A program made the translations under genes and the position numbers. From Sphyrna mokarran (taxonomy: Eukaryota), in assembly GCA_024679065.1 (NCBI GenBank), contig JAGIQG010000009.1:81716001-81780000 (forward strand): DNA of 64,000 nucleotides. The letters run 5' to 3'. The notes under the pieces were generated by a model, which saw nothing but the letters and a program-made list of their open reading frames with translations, made no database searches and had not been told where the DNA came from. Each line of letters opens with the position of its first letter. Position 1 is the first letter of the stretch. Below, piece after piece: positions 24,540 through 37,955 of the stretch.

Positions 24540-24799
24540 TGTAATAAGTGGAGGAGACTGGATTTGGAAATAACTCATTAAAGGCTTTATTGATGAGAAC
24601 TATTTCCAATGAAGGGTTTAACAACACAAGCAGATAGATCTATTACCAACAACATCCTGACTCCAACTGAAGCCTCCAGTCCCAGGAATGATCACCCTCA
24701 CTCCCGATTGGCCCAGGTTCACACCCTCACAGTCCATTGGCTCTGATCTGGTCATGGGGCCTGTGAAGGATTGCCCCTTAAAGGGGCCAGGCTCACACA
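24540..24799 (-). mobile_element. 3' LTR of the Gypsy relic
   Basis: Minus strand: polypurine tract AGGGGAAGGAG (24810-24800), TG start, internal AATAAA, CA end; lies downstream of the minus-strand integrase. Confidence 0.6.
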
Positions 24800-25721
24800 C
24801 TCCTTCCCCTGGAACATCTTGGACTCCATGTGATCAGACAAAAAGTACAACAGTTAACACACATGCAGAGAAACAACAATATTACAAGAGGGACACCAGG
24901 GAAAGACCAGGGAGGGACATCATGTCAGCTGGTCCAGAGATTTCTGGAACCTTGCGGAACGCTGCAACTCTATCAGGGGCACTTCAGCAGCCATCGATAC
25001 AGGATCCACTGATGGGATGGATGTGCTAACCATCTCTGGAGCTAGGCCCTGGGCAGCTCCTTTTCTCTGCCTCTCCCACCCAAGCCAGATACTGCCTTGG
25101 CCACACGATGGACATGGAATTGTCTTGTTCAGAGGCTGGTACACACAAACTGGTTACGGGGCCCAATTGCTCATCTCCTGGAGCTTGCTCTCGTCTCTTG
25201 CATAGGTAACCAATATGTTCCTTAACTCCACAGCCCTGTGTCTCCCCCAAGTATGAGACGGGTCCTGTCTTCTCCACAATTGTGTCCACCATCCAAATTC
25301 CCACTCAACATAAGGTTGCCATCATGAAACAATCTGTCCCCTTTCTGAGAGTCACGATACCCTTTCTGAGAGGCTCGCTGAGCCACCAACCTCCCCGACA
25401 AATTTGGGAACAATAAATCTGAACAGGTACACAGGCACCGACCCATTAACAACTCTGCAGGTGTGACCCCAACATGACCCCAGTGATGGGGTGAGGTGTA
25501 GTGTTGTAGGACAGCAAATAACTGGCCAATCGCAATGGCAGCGGTCCATGAACCTGCTTCACATGGAGCCTTGAACATCAGCATGGCTCCACCGACCCAT
25601 TCAAGGCAGGATGATCGGGGGCTGGCCTGACATGACAAATGTCATTCGACTTGACCAAAGTCTGAAATTCATCAGCGTGAATGCTGCTCCGTTGTCTGAT
25701 AGCAACACTTCAGGAAGACCA

Positions 25722-26168
25722 AAGAACAAGAACAAATAACAAAGTGCAACACAGCACGGGAAACAGCCCCTTCGGCCCAACGAGCCCACGCTACCGTCCT
25801 AATGTCTTAATGACATATCCTTGACTTTAGGCTATGCCTATTGTTGAAGATTCCCATATAGGGACCAATAGAGGGACAATTTGATACCCAATCAGCCTAA
25901 GAGCACATTTTTGGGATGTGGGAGGAAACCAGAGCACCCGGAGGAAACCCATGCAACCACGGGGAGAACGCACAAACTCCCGCAGACACAGGCCCAAATC
26001 CATGTGTCAGCACAGCAACAGCGATAGTCTCTGAGCTGTCATGTTGCCCATCACATGGTCCAGTTTAAGCATACACTGACGACGTGAAGCACTAGGCAAC
26101 TCCTGAAGCAACCTCCAAGAGCAGCTCTCGCACGACATGCCGCATGCATGCCCCTTGTTGGTCAACAG
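25722..26168 (-). mobile_element. 3'-UTR-only copy of the V-SINE-bearing CR1
   Basis: Near-identical to 53615-54050; (CAAAGAA)-type tail. Confidence 0.85.
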
Positions 26169-26500
26169 GATCACAAAGATCGGCCTCAGTTTATCCATGG
26201 TAAGTGGACGATATGATGGGATCTCGTGAACTGATCGTACAGTCACTTGGAATGGGCATTGACTAACACCAGGAACATCTGTCCAAAACCTACACGAAGC
26301 CGTGACCAAGGGAGCATGTTCACTGATGGAGGTAACGCTTGCTGAGTCAGACAACTCTCACACTGCCCAACCATTTGTTCAATGTCTCTGCCAATGTCAG
26401 GCCACCAGACATAACTACTGGCCAACACTTTAGTTCTCCTCTGGCCAATTTGGGTTTCATGTAACTTTTGGAGCAGTGGCCATTGCACAAGGGGTAATAC

Positions 26501-28312
26501 GTCAGTGGTAGGGAAGCTGTTGGAGGGGATTCTTAGAGATAGGATGTATAGGCACTTAGAGTGTTGCAATCTGATTAGGGATATGCAGCATGGATTTGTT
26601 AAGGGGAGGTCGTGCCTTACAAATCTGGTAGAATTTTTTGAGGAGGTGATGAAATCAGTGGACGAAGGGTGAGCTGTTGATGTTGTCTATTTGGGTTTTA
26701 GTAAGGCGTTTGACAAAGTCCCTCATGGGAGGTTAGTTGAGAAGATCAAGGCAAATGGGATACAAGGACAGGTAGCTAGATGGATAAGTAACTGGCTTGG
26801 TAATAGGAGACAGAGAGTAATAGTGGAACGGTGTTTTTCTAGCTGGAGGTCGGTCACTAGTGGTGTGCCGCAGGGCTCAGTACTGGGACCTCTTCTATTT
26901 GTAATACGTATAAATGACTGGAAGAGGGAGTAAGTGGAGTGATCAGCAAGTTTGCAGACGATACAAAGATGGCTGGACTTGTGGATAGTGAGGAGCATTG
27001 TCAGGTGATGCAGCAGGACATAGATAGGCTGGTAGCTTGGGCAGACAGATGGCAGATGGAATTCAATCCTGATAAATGTGAGGTGATGCATTTCGGGAGA
27101 AAGAATGTAGGGGGTAGGTATATGATAAAGGGTAGACCTATTAAGAGTATAGAAACGCAGAGGAACCTGGGGGTGCAGGTGAACAAGTCTCTGAAGGTGG
27201 CAGAGCAAGTGGAGAAGGTTGTGAAAAAAGCATATAGTATGCTAGCCTTTATAGGAAGGGGTATAGAGTACAAGAGCTGGCCTTTAATGTTGCAGTTGTA
27301 TAAAACGTTGGTTAGACCTCATTTGGAATACTGCGTCCAGTTCTGGTCGCCTTACTATCGGAAGGACGTGGAGACTCTGGAGAGAGTGCAGAGGAGGTTT
27401 ACCAGGATGCTGCCTGGTATGGAAGGTCTGAGCTATGAGGAGAGATTAGGCAAATTGGGACTGTTTTCCTTAGAAAGACGTAGACTTAGAGGAGACCTGA
27501 TAGAGGTGTACAAGATTTTGAAGGGGATTGATAGAGTAAACAGGGTTAAGCTTTTTCCTGGGATGGACTCAAATAGCATGAGGGGTCACGGGCTTAGGGT
27601 GAGGGGGGTAAGGTATAATTTGGATGCTAGAGGGAGTTTTTTCACACAGAGGGTGGTGGGGTATGGAATGCGCTGCCAAGTAAAGTGGTGGAGGCAGGTA
27701 CTCTGGAGTTATTTAAGAAATATTTAGATGGGCACATGAACAGAATGGGAATGGAGGGGTATAGAAAACTGATTTAAAATAGGGATCATGAGTCTTGGGA
27801 GTCCCTGGGAAGTGTGTAAATAGGTGATGATATTGATGTACTTGTTTTTATCCTACAGGTGCTTTGGTCCACCTTGTTGTCTAACAAGGGGCATACACGC
27901 GATGGGTCGTGAGAGGGCTGCTCTTGGATCTTTTTCGAGAGTATCCTACTGCTTCACGTTGTTAGTATGTGCTTGACCTGGACCATTTGATGGGCAACAC
28001 GACAGCTCGGTGACTATCTCTGAGCTGTGCAGATACATGGATTTGGGCCTGTGTCTGTGGGAGTTTGCGCATTCTCCCTGTGCTTGCGTGGGTTTTCTCC
28101 GGGACCTCCGGTTTCCTCCCACATCCCAAAGACGTGCTCTTAGGCTAATTGGCAAAACAAATTCTCCCTAAATTGTCTCAAATTTGGTTTTTAATCCATA
28201 GATCTATAAACATTGACAAGGATCACGGGTAGAGGTGGGAACATCGGGGTGGCGACGCGGGCTCATTGGGCTGAAGGGCCTGTTTCCTGTGCTGCTTTGT
28301 TCTTTGTTCTTT
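26501..28312 (+). mobile_element. 5'-truncated CR1 LINE (RT, V-SINE-bearing UTR)
   Basis: ORFs 26691-26933 and 26939-27727; tail GTTCTTTG. Confidence 0.92.
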
Positions 28313-28335
28313 GAGTGTGGTTGAGCAGCAGACAG

Positions 28336-29104
28336 GGGATCTATTAGAGGTATATAAGATTATGAGGGGTATAGATAGAGTAAATGGTGGTAAGCTTTTT
28401 CCACCATTAGATTCGGATAGAACAAGGGGTCACGGCCTTAGGGTGAGGGGGGCTATGTATAAGACTAATATTAGAGGGCATTTTTTCACACAAAGGGTAG
28501 TAGGGGTGTGGAATGCACTACCGAGTAAGGTGGTGGGAGCAGGCACGCTAGGTTGTTTAAGGGTCTCTTGACAGCCACATGAGCGGTCTGCAGATCGAGG
28601 GATATATGAGGACTGTTAAATACTTTAATTGTTTCCACAGGCCTATTCGGTCCACCTTGTTGACCAACAAGGTGCATGCATTCGGCAGGTCGTGCGAGGG
28701 CTGCTCCTGGAGGTTACTTCAGGAGGGGCCTAGTGCTTCACGTCGTTAGTGTATGCTTAAAACTGGACCATCAGATGGGCAACATGACAGTTCAGAGACT
28801 ATTGCTGTTGCTGGGCAGAACATGGATTTGGGCCTGGTCTGCATGAGTTTGCGCATTCTCCCTGTGCTTGTGTGGATTTTCTCCGGGACCTCGGTTTCCT
28901 CCCACATCCCAAAGATGTGCTCTTTAGGCTGCTGGCAAAAAAATTCTCCCTAAATTGTCTCAAATTTGGTTTTTAATCCATAGATCTATAAACATGGACA
29001 AGGATTGCGGGCAGAGGTGGGAACATCGGGGTGGAGGCGCAGGCTCGTTGGGCTGAAGGGCCTGTTTCCCGTTGTGTTTTTGTTCTTTGTTGGTTGTTCT
29101 TTGT
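28336..29104 (+). mobile_element. 5'-truncated CR1 LINE with mosaic UTR
   Basis: ORF 28311-28571 GDLLEVYKIMRG; tail ends next to the TAATAC duplication. Confidence 0.88.
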
Positions 29105-30573
29105 TAATACATGAAACTGACACCCTACAATCGCGCCCCATTCACAGGGTATCTGGTCCCTGCAATGTAAATACAGCTTCATTTGCTCTGCCTTGTCAAA
29201 GTGCCACCCGGTCAGTACCATTTTCTTGCCTTTGCTAACACCAGCTCCCTATGTGTCCACATCTGAATGTGGGCTGTTGAGACAGCAGGGTGTCCAATAA
29301 TGCAGAGCCAATACTATCCTCCTGTGACCAGGCGGTGACGGCATGGTCGTGGTAGCGGCAGGCGGCTCAATGCATCTGCATTTGAGATCTGTGTTTCCGG
29401 GCTTATGCTGGAAGGTTTAGCTGTTTAGTGCCAGCAGCAATGCCCATCTCTGCACCCTGGCAGAGGCAATAGGTGGCACTGGCTTAATGTCCTGAAAAAG
29501 TCCCAACAATGGCTTATGGTCTGACATGATGGTAAAATGTTGCCCATCGACATATTGGTAAAATTTTTCACTGTGTGGATAACTGCTGGGCTTTCTATGT
29601 CAACTTGTGAGGAGATTTTCTCAACGTCTGACAAAGTCCTCAAAACAAATGAATTTAGCCTCTCCATTCCATCCTCCAGTCTATGGGATAGAATTGCTCC
29701 AAGTCCATATAGTGTCATCGAGTTACACAGCACAGAATCAGGCCCTTCGGCCCACCATGTCTATGCTGACCATCCAATACCAATCTATACTCATCCCATT
29801 TACCTGCTCCCGTATTCGAACTCTGGCTAATGAAGGCAAGCATTCCAATTGCCTTCTTTATCACACTCTCTCTCTGTAATGCAACCTTCAGGGATCCATG
29901 GATTTGTAAACCAAAGTCCCTTTGTTCTTCAATTCTCCCTTGGGACCCACCGTTCATTGTTTATATCCTATCGTTACTAAATCTCCCAAAATGCAGCACC
30001 TCACGCTTATCAGGATCAAATTCCGTGTTTCATTGCTCTGTTCACCTACTCCATCCCCAAAATGCTCACCCTACTGACGCTTCAACAGCTTGCCCGGATT
30101 CATTCCTAACGATTAGGTCGAGCACGGGCCATCCTGAGTTGGATTATCTATCTACTGACAGAAAAAGCTCTCCTGGAATCACTTCCAAAATTCCACCCTG
30201 TCTAAACATTTCACACTCAGGTGATTCTATTAATATTGGTGAAGTTAAAATCCCCAACTATTATATCCTAATTCCTCTCACATCGCTCTCTGTGATTTGC
30301 CTACATATCTACTCCTCTATCTCCCTCTGAGTGTTGGGAGGGCTGTGCTATAATCCCATACAATGATTGCTCTTTATATTTCTCAGCTCCACCCATATGG
30401 CCTCATTTGAAGAGCGTTCCAATATCTCTCCCTCATTCCTGCAGGCTTGGGCTCTTTAATCAATAAAACAATATCCCTTCCGATCTTACTCACCCCATTC
30501 CCCATCCCGCCTGGAACTTCTATACCCTGGAATATCGAGATTCCAGTCCCTGTCCTTCTTTCAACCATGTCTC

Positions 30574-33500
30574 AAACAACAAAGAACACAACAGCATGGG
30601 AAACAGGCCCTTCGGCTCAACGAGCCCGCGCCGCCACCCCGATGTTCCCACCTCTACCTGTAATCCCTGTCTATTTTTATAGATCTATGGATTAAAAACC
30701 AAATTTGAGACAATTTAGGGAGAATTTGTTTTGCCAATTAGCCTAAGAGCACATCTTTGGGATGTGGGAGGAAACCGGAGCACCCGGAGAAAACCCACGC
30801 AAGCACGGGGAGAATGCGCAAACTCCCACAGACACAGGCCCAAATCATGTATCTGCACAGCACAGCGATAGTCACTGAGCTGTCGTGTTGCCCATCAAAT
30901 GGTCCAGGTCAAGCGTACACTAACAACGTGAAGCACTAGGATACTCTTGGAAAAAAAATCCAAGAGCAGCCCTCTCACGACCCATCGCGTGTATGCCCCT
31001 CGTTAGACAACAAGGTGGACCAAAGCACCTGTAGGATAAAAACAAGTACATCAATATCATCATCTATTTACACACTTCCCAAGGACTCCCAAGGCTCATG
31101 ATTCCTATTTTAAATCAGTTTTCGATACCCCTCCATTCCCATTCTGTTCATGTGCTATCTAAGTCTTTCTTAAATAACTCCAGAGTGGGGTTGTTTTCCT
31201 TGAAAGACGTCGGCTGAGAGGGGATCTATTAGAGGTATATAAGATTATGAGGGGTATAGATAGAGTAAATGGTGGTAAGCTTTTTCCACCATTAGATTCT
31301 GATAGAACAAGGGGTCACGGCCTTAGGGTGAAGGGGGCTATGTATAAGACTAATATTAGAGGGCATTTTTTCACACAAAGGGTAGTGGGGGTGTGGAATG
31401 CACTACTGAGTAAGGTGGTGGGAGCAGGCACGCTAGCGTTGTTTAAGGGTCTTTTGGACAGCCACATGAGCGGTCTGCAGATAGAGGGATATATGAGGAC
31501 TGTTTAAATACTTTAATTGTTTCCACAGGCTATTTGGTCCACCTTGTTGACCAACAAGGTGCATGCATTCGGCAGGTCGTGCGAGGGCTGCTCCTGGAGG
31601 TTACTTCAGGAGTGGCCTAGTGCTTCACGTCATTAGTGTATGCTTAAACTGGACCATCAGATAGGCAACATGACAGCTCAGAGACTGCGGGAGTTTTTTT
31701 TTCCGGGTGCTCCGGTTTCCTCCCACGTCCCAAAAATGTGCTCTTAGCTGATTGGGTAACAAATTGTCCCTATATTGGTCTCTATATGTCATTAAGACGT
31801 TAGGATGGCGGCGCGGGCTCGTCGGGCCGAAGGGCCTGTTTCCCGTGCTGTGTTGTTCTTTGTTCTTTGTTCTAGTATCTGCCTCCACCACTTTTCTTGG
31901 CAGTGCATTCCATATCCCCACCACCCTCGTAACTCAGACCTTCCATACCAGGCAGCATCCTGGTAAACCTCCTCTGCACTCTCTCCAGAGTCTCCACGTC
32001 CTTCCGGTAGTAAGGTGACCAGAACTGGACGCAGTATTCCAAATGAGGCCTACCCAACGTTTTATACAACTGCAACATTAAAGGCCATCTCTTGTACTCT
32101 ATACCCCTTCCCATTAAGGCTAACATACTATATGCTTTCTTCACAACCTTCTTCACTTGCTCTGCCACCTTCAGAGAGTTGTTCACCTGCATCCCCAGTC
32201 CCTCCGCATTTCTATATTCTTAATAGGTCTATCCTTTATCATATACCTCCCCACTACATTCTTTCTCCTGAAATGCATCACCTCACATTTATCAGGATTG
32301 AATTCCATCTGCCATCTGTCTGCCCAGGCTACCAGCCTATCTATGTCCTGCTGCATCGCCTGACAATGCTCCTCACTATCCGCAAGTCCAGCCATCTTTG
32401 TATCGTCTGCAAACTTGCTGATCACTCCACTTACTCCCTCTTCCAAGTCATTTATATATATTACAAATAGAAGACGTCCCAGTACCGAGCCCTGCTACTA
32501 GTCACCACTAGTGACCAACCTCCAGCTAGAAAAACACCCTTCCACTATTACGCTCTGTCTCCTATTACTAAGCTAGTTACTTATCCATCTAGCTACCTGT
32601 CCTTGTATCCCATGAGCCTTGACGTTCTCAACTAACCTCCCATGAGGGACTTTGTCAATCGCCTTACTAAAATCCATATAGACGACATCAACGGCTTGCC
32701 CTTCGTCCACCGTTTTTGTCACCTCCTCAAAAAATTGTACCAGATATGTAAGGCGTGACCTCCCCTTAACAAATCCATGCTGCGTATCCCTAATCAGATC
32801 GAAACGCTCTAAGTGCCTATACATCCTATCTCTAAGAATCCAACAACTTCCCTACCACTGACGTCAAACTCACCGGCCTATAATTCCAGGCTTATCCCTA
32901 CTACCCTTTTTAAACAATGGTACAACATTAGCTATTCTCCAGTCCTCTGGGACCTCACCTGTGTCCAAAGAAGAGACAAAGATTTGTATCAGAGGCCCAA
33001 CAATTTCACCACACACCTCCCTAAGCAGCTTGTGACAAATGCCATCAGGCCCCGGAGATTTATCAGTTTTAATGCTACCTAGAAGCTCTAACACCTCCTC
33101 CCTCGGTATGGAAATTTCCCTCAACTGGTCCACAGCTCCCTCAGAGACAGGAGCTGTCAACTGGCCCCTCTCCTTCGTGAATACCGACGCAAAGTATTCA
33201 TTCAGGATCTCCGCCATTCCCTCGGGCTCTAAGCACAGTTCCCCTCCTCTTCCCTAAGAGGTCTGATTTTTCCTCTAACCACCCTTTTATTCCTAACATA
33301 GGAGTAAAAAGCCTTTGGATTTTCCTTAATCCTATTCGCCAAAATCATTTCATGCCCCCTTTTTGCCCTTCTAACTCCCTGTTTGAGCTCCCTCCTGCTC
33401 TCTCTATATTCCTCCAACGCTGTCTCCGTTCCCAGCTGCTTTGACCTATCATACACCTCTCTTTTCTTCCTAACCAAGTCCTCAATATCCCTCGTAATCC

Positions 33501-34161
33501 ACGGCTCTCTAATCCTACGTTTCCCATCTTTCCTCTTAGCTGGCACATATCTATCTTGCAACATTTTCAGTATTCCCTTGAAAGAGTCCCACTTGCCTAG
33601 CGTGAACTTACCCTCGAACAACTGTTCCCAATTAGTTTCCGTAAGTTCCTGCCTAATCAGACCGTAGTTAGCCTTCCCCCAATTCAGCACCCTGCCCCGA
33701 GAGCAACTTGCATCCTTTTCCATCTGTACCCTAAAGTGGACAGAATTGTGGTCACTGTTAGCCACATGTTCCCCTACTACAACATCAACCACCTGCCCTG
33801 GCTCACTACTCAGAACTAAATCCAATATAGCCCCTTCTCTAGTCGGGCTAGCCACATACTGCTCCAACGATCCTTCCAGTGCACATTTTACAAATTCCTG
33901 CCCGTCAAAAACACCAACTCTCGGTAATTTCCAATCCACCCTTGGGAGATTAAAAACTCCCACTATAACGACTCTGTTCTTTCTGCACCTATCCAAAATG
34001 TCATAACATATGCCTTCTTCAACTACCCACGGGCTGTGGGGTGGCCTATAATACACACCTAGCAAAGTAATTGCCCCCTTTCTATTCTTCAACTCCACCC
34101 ACAACGACTCCACTCCTAACTCCTCTGTATTGTCCTCCCTCTGCACCGCCGTGATGCTCTC
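30574..34161 (-). mobile_element. CR1 LINE (APE + RT, internal deletion near 31928), V-SINE-bearing UTR
   Basis: ORFs 33229-34146, 32870-33217, 32573-32824, 32183-32446, 31872-32192; sits in an older CR1 relic (29715-30573, 34162-34260). Confidence 0.9.
31187..31873 (+). mobile_element. CR1 3' fragment nested antisense in 30574-34161
   Basis: ORF 31247-31507; AGT duplicated at both junctions. Confidence 0.88.
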
Positions 34162-34495
34162 CTCTCAGTGATTACAACAATCTCATATTTCCATGTGCCG
34201 ACCAACTCTCTAAGTTCATCTGCCTGAACAGACAGGCTCCTTGTATTGAAATAGATGCTGTTTAGCCACTAGTGTCCTCAGTAAGGGATTGTCTCTGGAT
34301 ATTATTTCTATGCATTTGCAAAAGACATTCGGGTAGGTGCCACACAAGAGGCTGTGAATAAAGTATGGAATTAGAAGAAAGCTTTTGCCATGAATAAGGA
34401 ATTAGTTCGGAGATAGGAGACAGAGAGTAGGGATAATGTGTGTTGTCCAATCAGCAAGCTGTGAATAGTGATGTCCCCAGGGATCTGTGCTGAAC

Positions 34496-35929
34496 ATAAC
34501 ACAGAACATAGAACACTACAGCACAAACAGGCCCTTCGGCCCACAAGTTGTGCCGATCATATCAGTACCTACCAGGCCATAGAACTATCTGGAACTCCCA
34601 ATCCCATTAAATCTCATGTAATCATCCAGAAGTCTCTTAAAAGACCGCAGCAAGTTCGCCTCTACCATCACTGATGGAAGCCAATTCCATTCACTCACCA
34701 CCCTCTGAGTGAAAAACTTACCTCTAACATCTTTTCTGTACTTGCCCCCCAGCACCTTAAACCTGTGTCCTCTCGTAGCGACCATTTCAGCCCTGGGAAA
34801 TAGCCTCTGAGAATCCACCCTATCTATTCCTCTCAACATTTAAAAACCTCGATGAGGTCGCCTCTCAACCTTCGTCTCTCCAGGGAAATGAGACCGAGCT
34901 CACTCAACCAATCTTCATAAGGCATGCCCCCCAATCCAGGCAACATCCCTGTAAATCTCCTCTGCACCCTCTCAATATCTTCCACATCCTTCCTATAGTG
35001 AGGTGACCAGAACTGCGCACAATACTCCAAGTAGGGTCTGACAAGGGTTTTATAAAGTTGCAGCATTACCTCCCGACTCCTAAACTCAATCCCTCTATTA
35101 ATAAAGGCCAGTACACCAGATGCCTTGCTGACCACATCCTCCATTTGCGAGGCAGATTTAAGAGTCTTATGGACCCGGACCCCAAGATCCTTCTGCTCCT
35201 CAACACTGCCAAGACTACTACCCTTGATATTATACTCCTCCATCCCATTGGTCCTGCCAAAATGGACCACCACACATGTATCTGCGTTGAAGTCCATCTG
35301 CCACTTCTCTGCCCAGTCTTGCATCCTATCTACGTCTCGCTGCTACTTCAGACATCCCTCCAGACTATCCACAACACCACCAACTTTCATATCGTCGGTG
35401 AGCTTACTAACCCAATCCCTCCACTTCCTCATACAGGTTATTTATGAAAATGACAAACAGCAAGGGTCCTAGAACAGATCCCTGGGGCACTCCACTGGTG
35501 ACTGACCTCCATGCAAAAGACCCATCCACAACTACTCTCTGCCTTCTGCCAGGAAGCCAGTTCTGGATCCAGAAGGCCAAAGCCCCTTGGATCCCAAGCC
35601 CTCTCACCTTCTCAAGAAGGGTTGCATGGGGGACCTTATCAAACGCCTTGCTGATATCCATGTGAACTACATCCACTGCTCTTCCTTCGCCAATGTGTTG
35701 AGTCACATTTTTGAAGACCTCAACTCGGCTTGTAAGGCATGATCTGCCCTTAACAAAGCCGTGTTGACTCTTTCTGATCATGTTGAAATTCTCTAAATGC
35801 TCATAAATCCTGTCCCTCAGAATCCTCTCCATCAACATACCAACCACTGAGTTCAGACTCACTGGTCAGTAATTGCCCAGGCTATCCCTGTTCCCTTTCT
35901 TGAAAATAGGCAACGCATCTTGAAAATAG
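34496..35929 (-). mobile_element. 5'-truncated CR1 LINE; unit-B specific
   Basis: ORFs 35407-35862, 34833-35324, 34585-34839; GCTGAA duplicated; empty site at 765-770. Confidence 0.9.
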
Positions 35930-36858
35930 GCTGAAGCCTCACCCTTTCATGATATTTGTCAATGACTTGGATGAAGAAATACAGAGTCACATATCCAAGA
36001 TTACTGAGAACACACTAAATGAGGCAGCTTGAGGAGGTTACAGAGATAGGGAGGGTGCAGGATAGGGAGGGATTTGAGAGGCAGAATGAGAATGTTAAAA
36101 TCAGGGCATCTCCGGACCAGGGGTCAGTGTAGGTCAGTGAGAACAGGGAGTGATGGGTGAACGGGTGTGAGTTCAGATCCAGGCAGCAGAGTTCTGGGTG
36201 AGCTAATGATTACAGAGGGTGGTAGGTGTGAGATCGACCAGGACAGCATTGGAATAGTAACGTTCAGAGGGTAACAAAGATACGGGTGAGATTTTCAGCA
36301 GAAGATGATGTCGAGCATGGGGGACTTGGGAGATGTTTCCCAGGTGGAAATAGGTGTTCTTAGTGATGGAGTGGATGATGTAGTGGGAAGGTCATCTCAG
36401 GGTCAAATAGGACACCATGGCTGTGGACTGTGTGGGTGAGTGTCAGACACTCCAAAGGGGAAGGGATGGAATCAGTGTTGAGGGAACAGAGTTTGGATGG
36501 GGTCTGAAGACAATGGCAGATGGAATTCAATTGGAGAGTGTGAAAACATCCAGTTTGGACCGAGGAACGAGCAAGCAGAGTAAACTTTGTGATGTGGAGA
36601 ATTTGGGGCAGGTCAGATCAGGGTTAAAGTTGAGGCCAATGTTGTAGAGAGTGTGGTTGAGCAGCAGACAGTGCTCAGGGGGAGGGATGGAGTTTGTATC
36701 GGGAGCTGAAGACCATGGCTTTGATCTTCCCAATGTGTTTCCCAGTGAGCCTGGCTCCTCAGTCCTGACTGCTCTGAGCTGTTGTTCTTTACACTGATTG
36801 GACAGTTATTGTTAGAGATTCAGACCACAGCACAAATCCCCAGTGTCAAAAATAACTG

Positions 36859-36955
36859 CAAAGACTGTCAGATCGGAAGATTGAAACGTAATCGACAGAG
36901 GAAGTGAAAGAAGGAGCTCAGAGCAGCTGGATGTTTGTTACTGAGACGGGAGAAA
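36859..36955 (+). promoter_or_regulatory. Candidate upstream EICE module, cluster 2
   Basis: AGAGGAAGTGAAAG 36897-36910. Confidence 0.45.
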
Positions 36956-36969
36956 ATGGTGAACCGTGT

Positions 36970-37955
36970 TCACTACCTTCAATCTCCCAGCACAGAAGGC
37001 ACAGTGGGATACAGTCAGGAGGGAGTTATCCTGGGACATCACTGCAGGAGTTCCTCAGGGTCGTGTGTGAGACACAACCATCTTCAACTGCTTCAGTAAT
37101 GACCTTCAGAAGTGGGGATGTTCACTGATGATTGCACAATGCTCAGCACCATTCACAACTCCTCAGATATTGAAGCAGTAACATTCATGCCACATCAGTA
37201 CCACGGAATCACCCTCTCCAACAAGAGAGAATTTTAACATCTCCCCTTGACATTCAATGTCATTACCATTGCTGAATCCCCCACTGTAAAATCCTGTTGG
37301 TTATGATTGACCAGAAACTGAACTGGACCAGCCTATAAATACTGTAGCTACAAGAGAAGGTCAGTGGATAGGAATCCTGCAGCGAGTAACTCACATCCTG
37401 ACTCTCCAAAGCCTCTCCACCATCTACAAGGCACAAGTCTGGAGTGTGATGGAATACTCTCCACTTGTCTGGATGAGTAGAGCTCCAGCAACACTCAAAA
37501 AGCTCAACATCATCCAGAACAAAGCAGCCCCACTTGATTGGCACCCCATTCACAAACATTAAATCCCTCCACCACTGTCAAACAGTGACAGCAGTGTGTG
37601 CCATCTATAAGATGCCCTGCATGAACTCAACAAGGTTCCTGAGACAGCACCTTTGAATACCATTTCCACTATCATCTGGAAAGACAAGTGTAGCAGATCC
37701 CTGGGATCAACATCACCAGGAGATTCCCCTCCAAGCCACATGCCATTCTGAAATGGAAATACATCTCTGTTCATGCACTGTCACTGGGTCAGAATCCTGG
37801 AAATCCCTCCCTAACAGCACTGTGGGTGTGTGTACACCTCATGGACTGCGGCAGTTCAAGAAGGCAGTTCATCATCATCTTCGCAAGAACAATTAGGGAT
37901 GGGCAATAAATGTTGGGATAGCCAGTGACACCCACATCCTGTCAATGAATACATT
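36970..37955 (+). mobile_element. Old CR1/L2-group LINE relic (uninterrupted paralog of 1800-2592 plus 6383-6575)
   Basis: Colinear with unit A. Confidence 0.7.

Larger units (their letters stand above)
530..24810 (+). repeat. Segmental duplication unit A (Ig kappa cluster 1 plus flanks)
   Basis: Colinear with 34263-64000 (anchors 530~34263, 1731~36898, 10143~43548, 18165~56524, 24799~63994) apart from unit-specific LINE insertions and deletions. Confidence 0.93.
25150..29712 (-). mobile_element. Ty3/Gypsy pol relic (RNase H ~29340-29712, integrase ~25150-26500) broken by LINE insertions
   Basis: YGLGAILSH..RTLS; LHET..SYVWWP..C..C; FGLPEVLLSDNG; TPAELLMGR; GPVSY. Confidence 0.8.
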
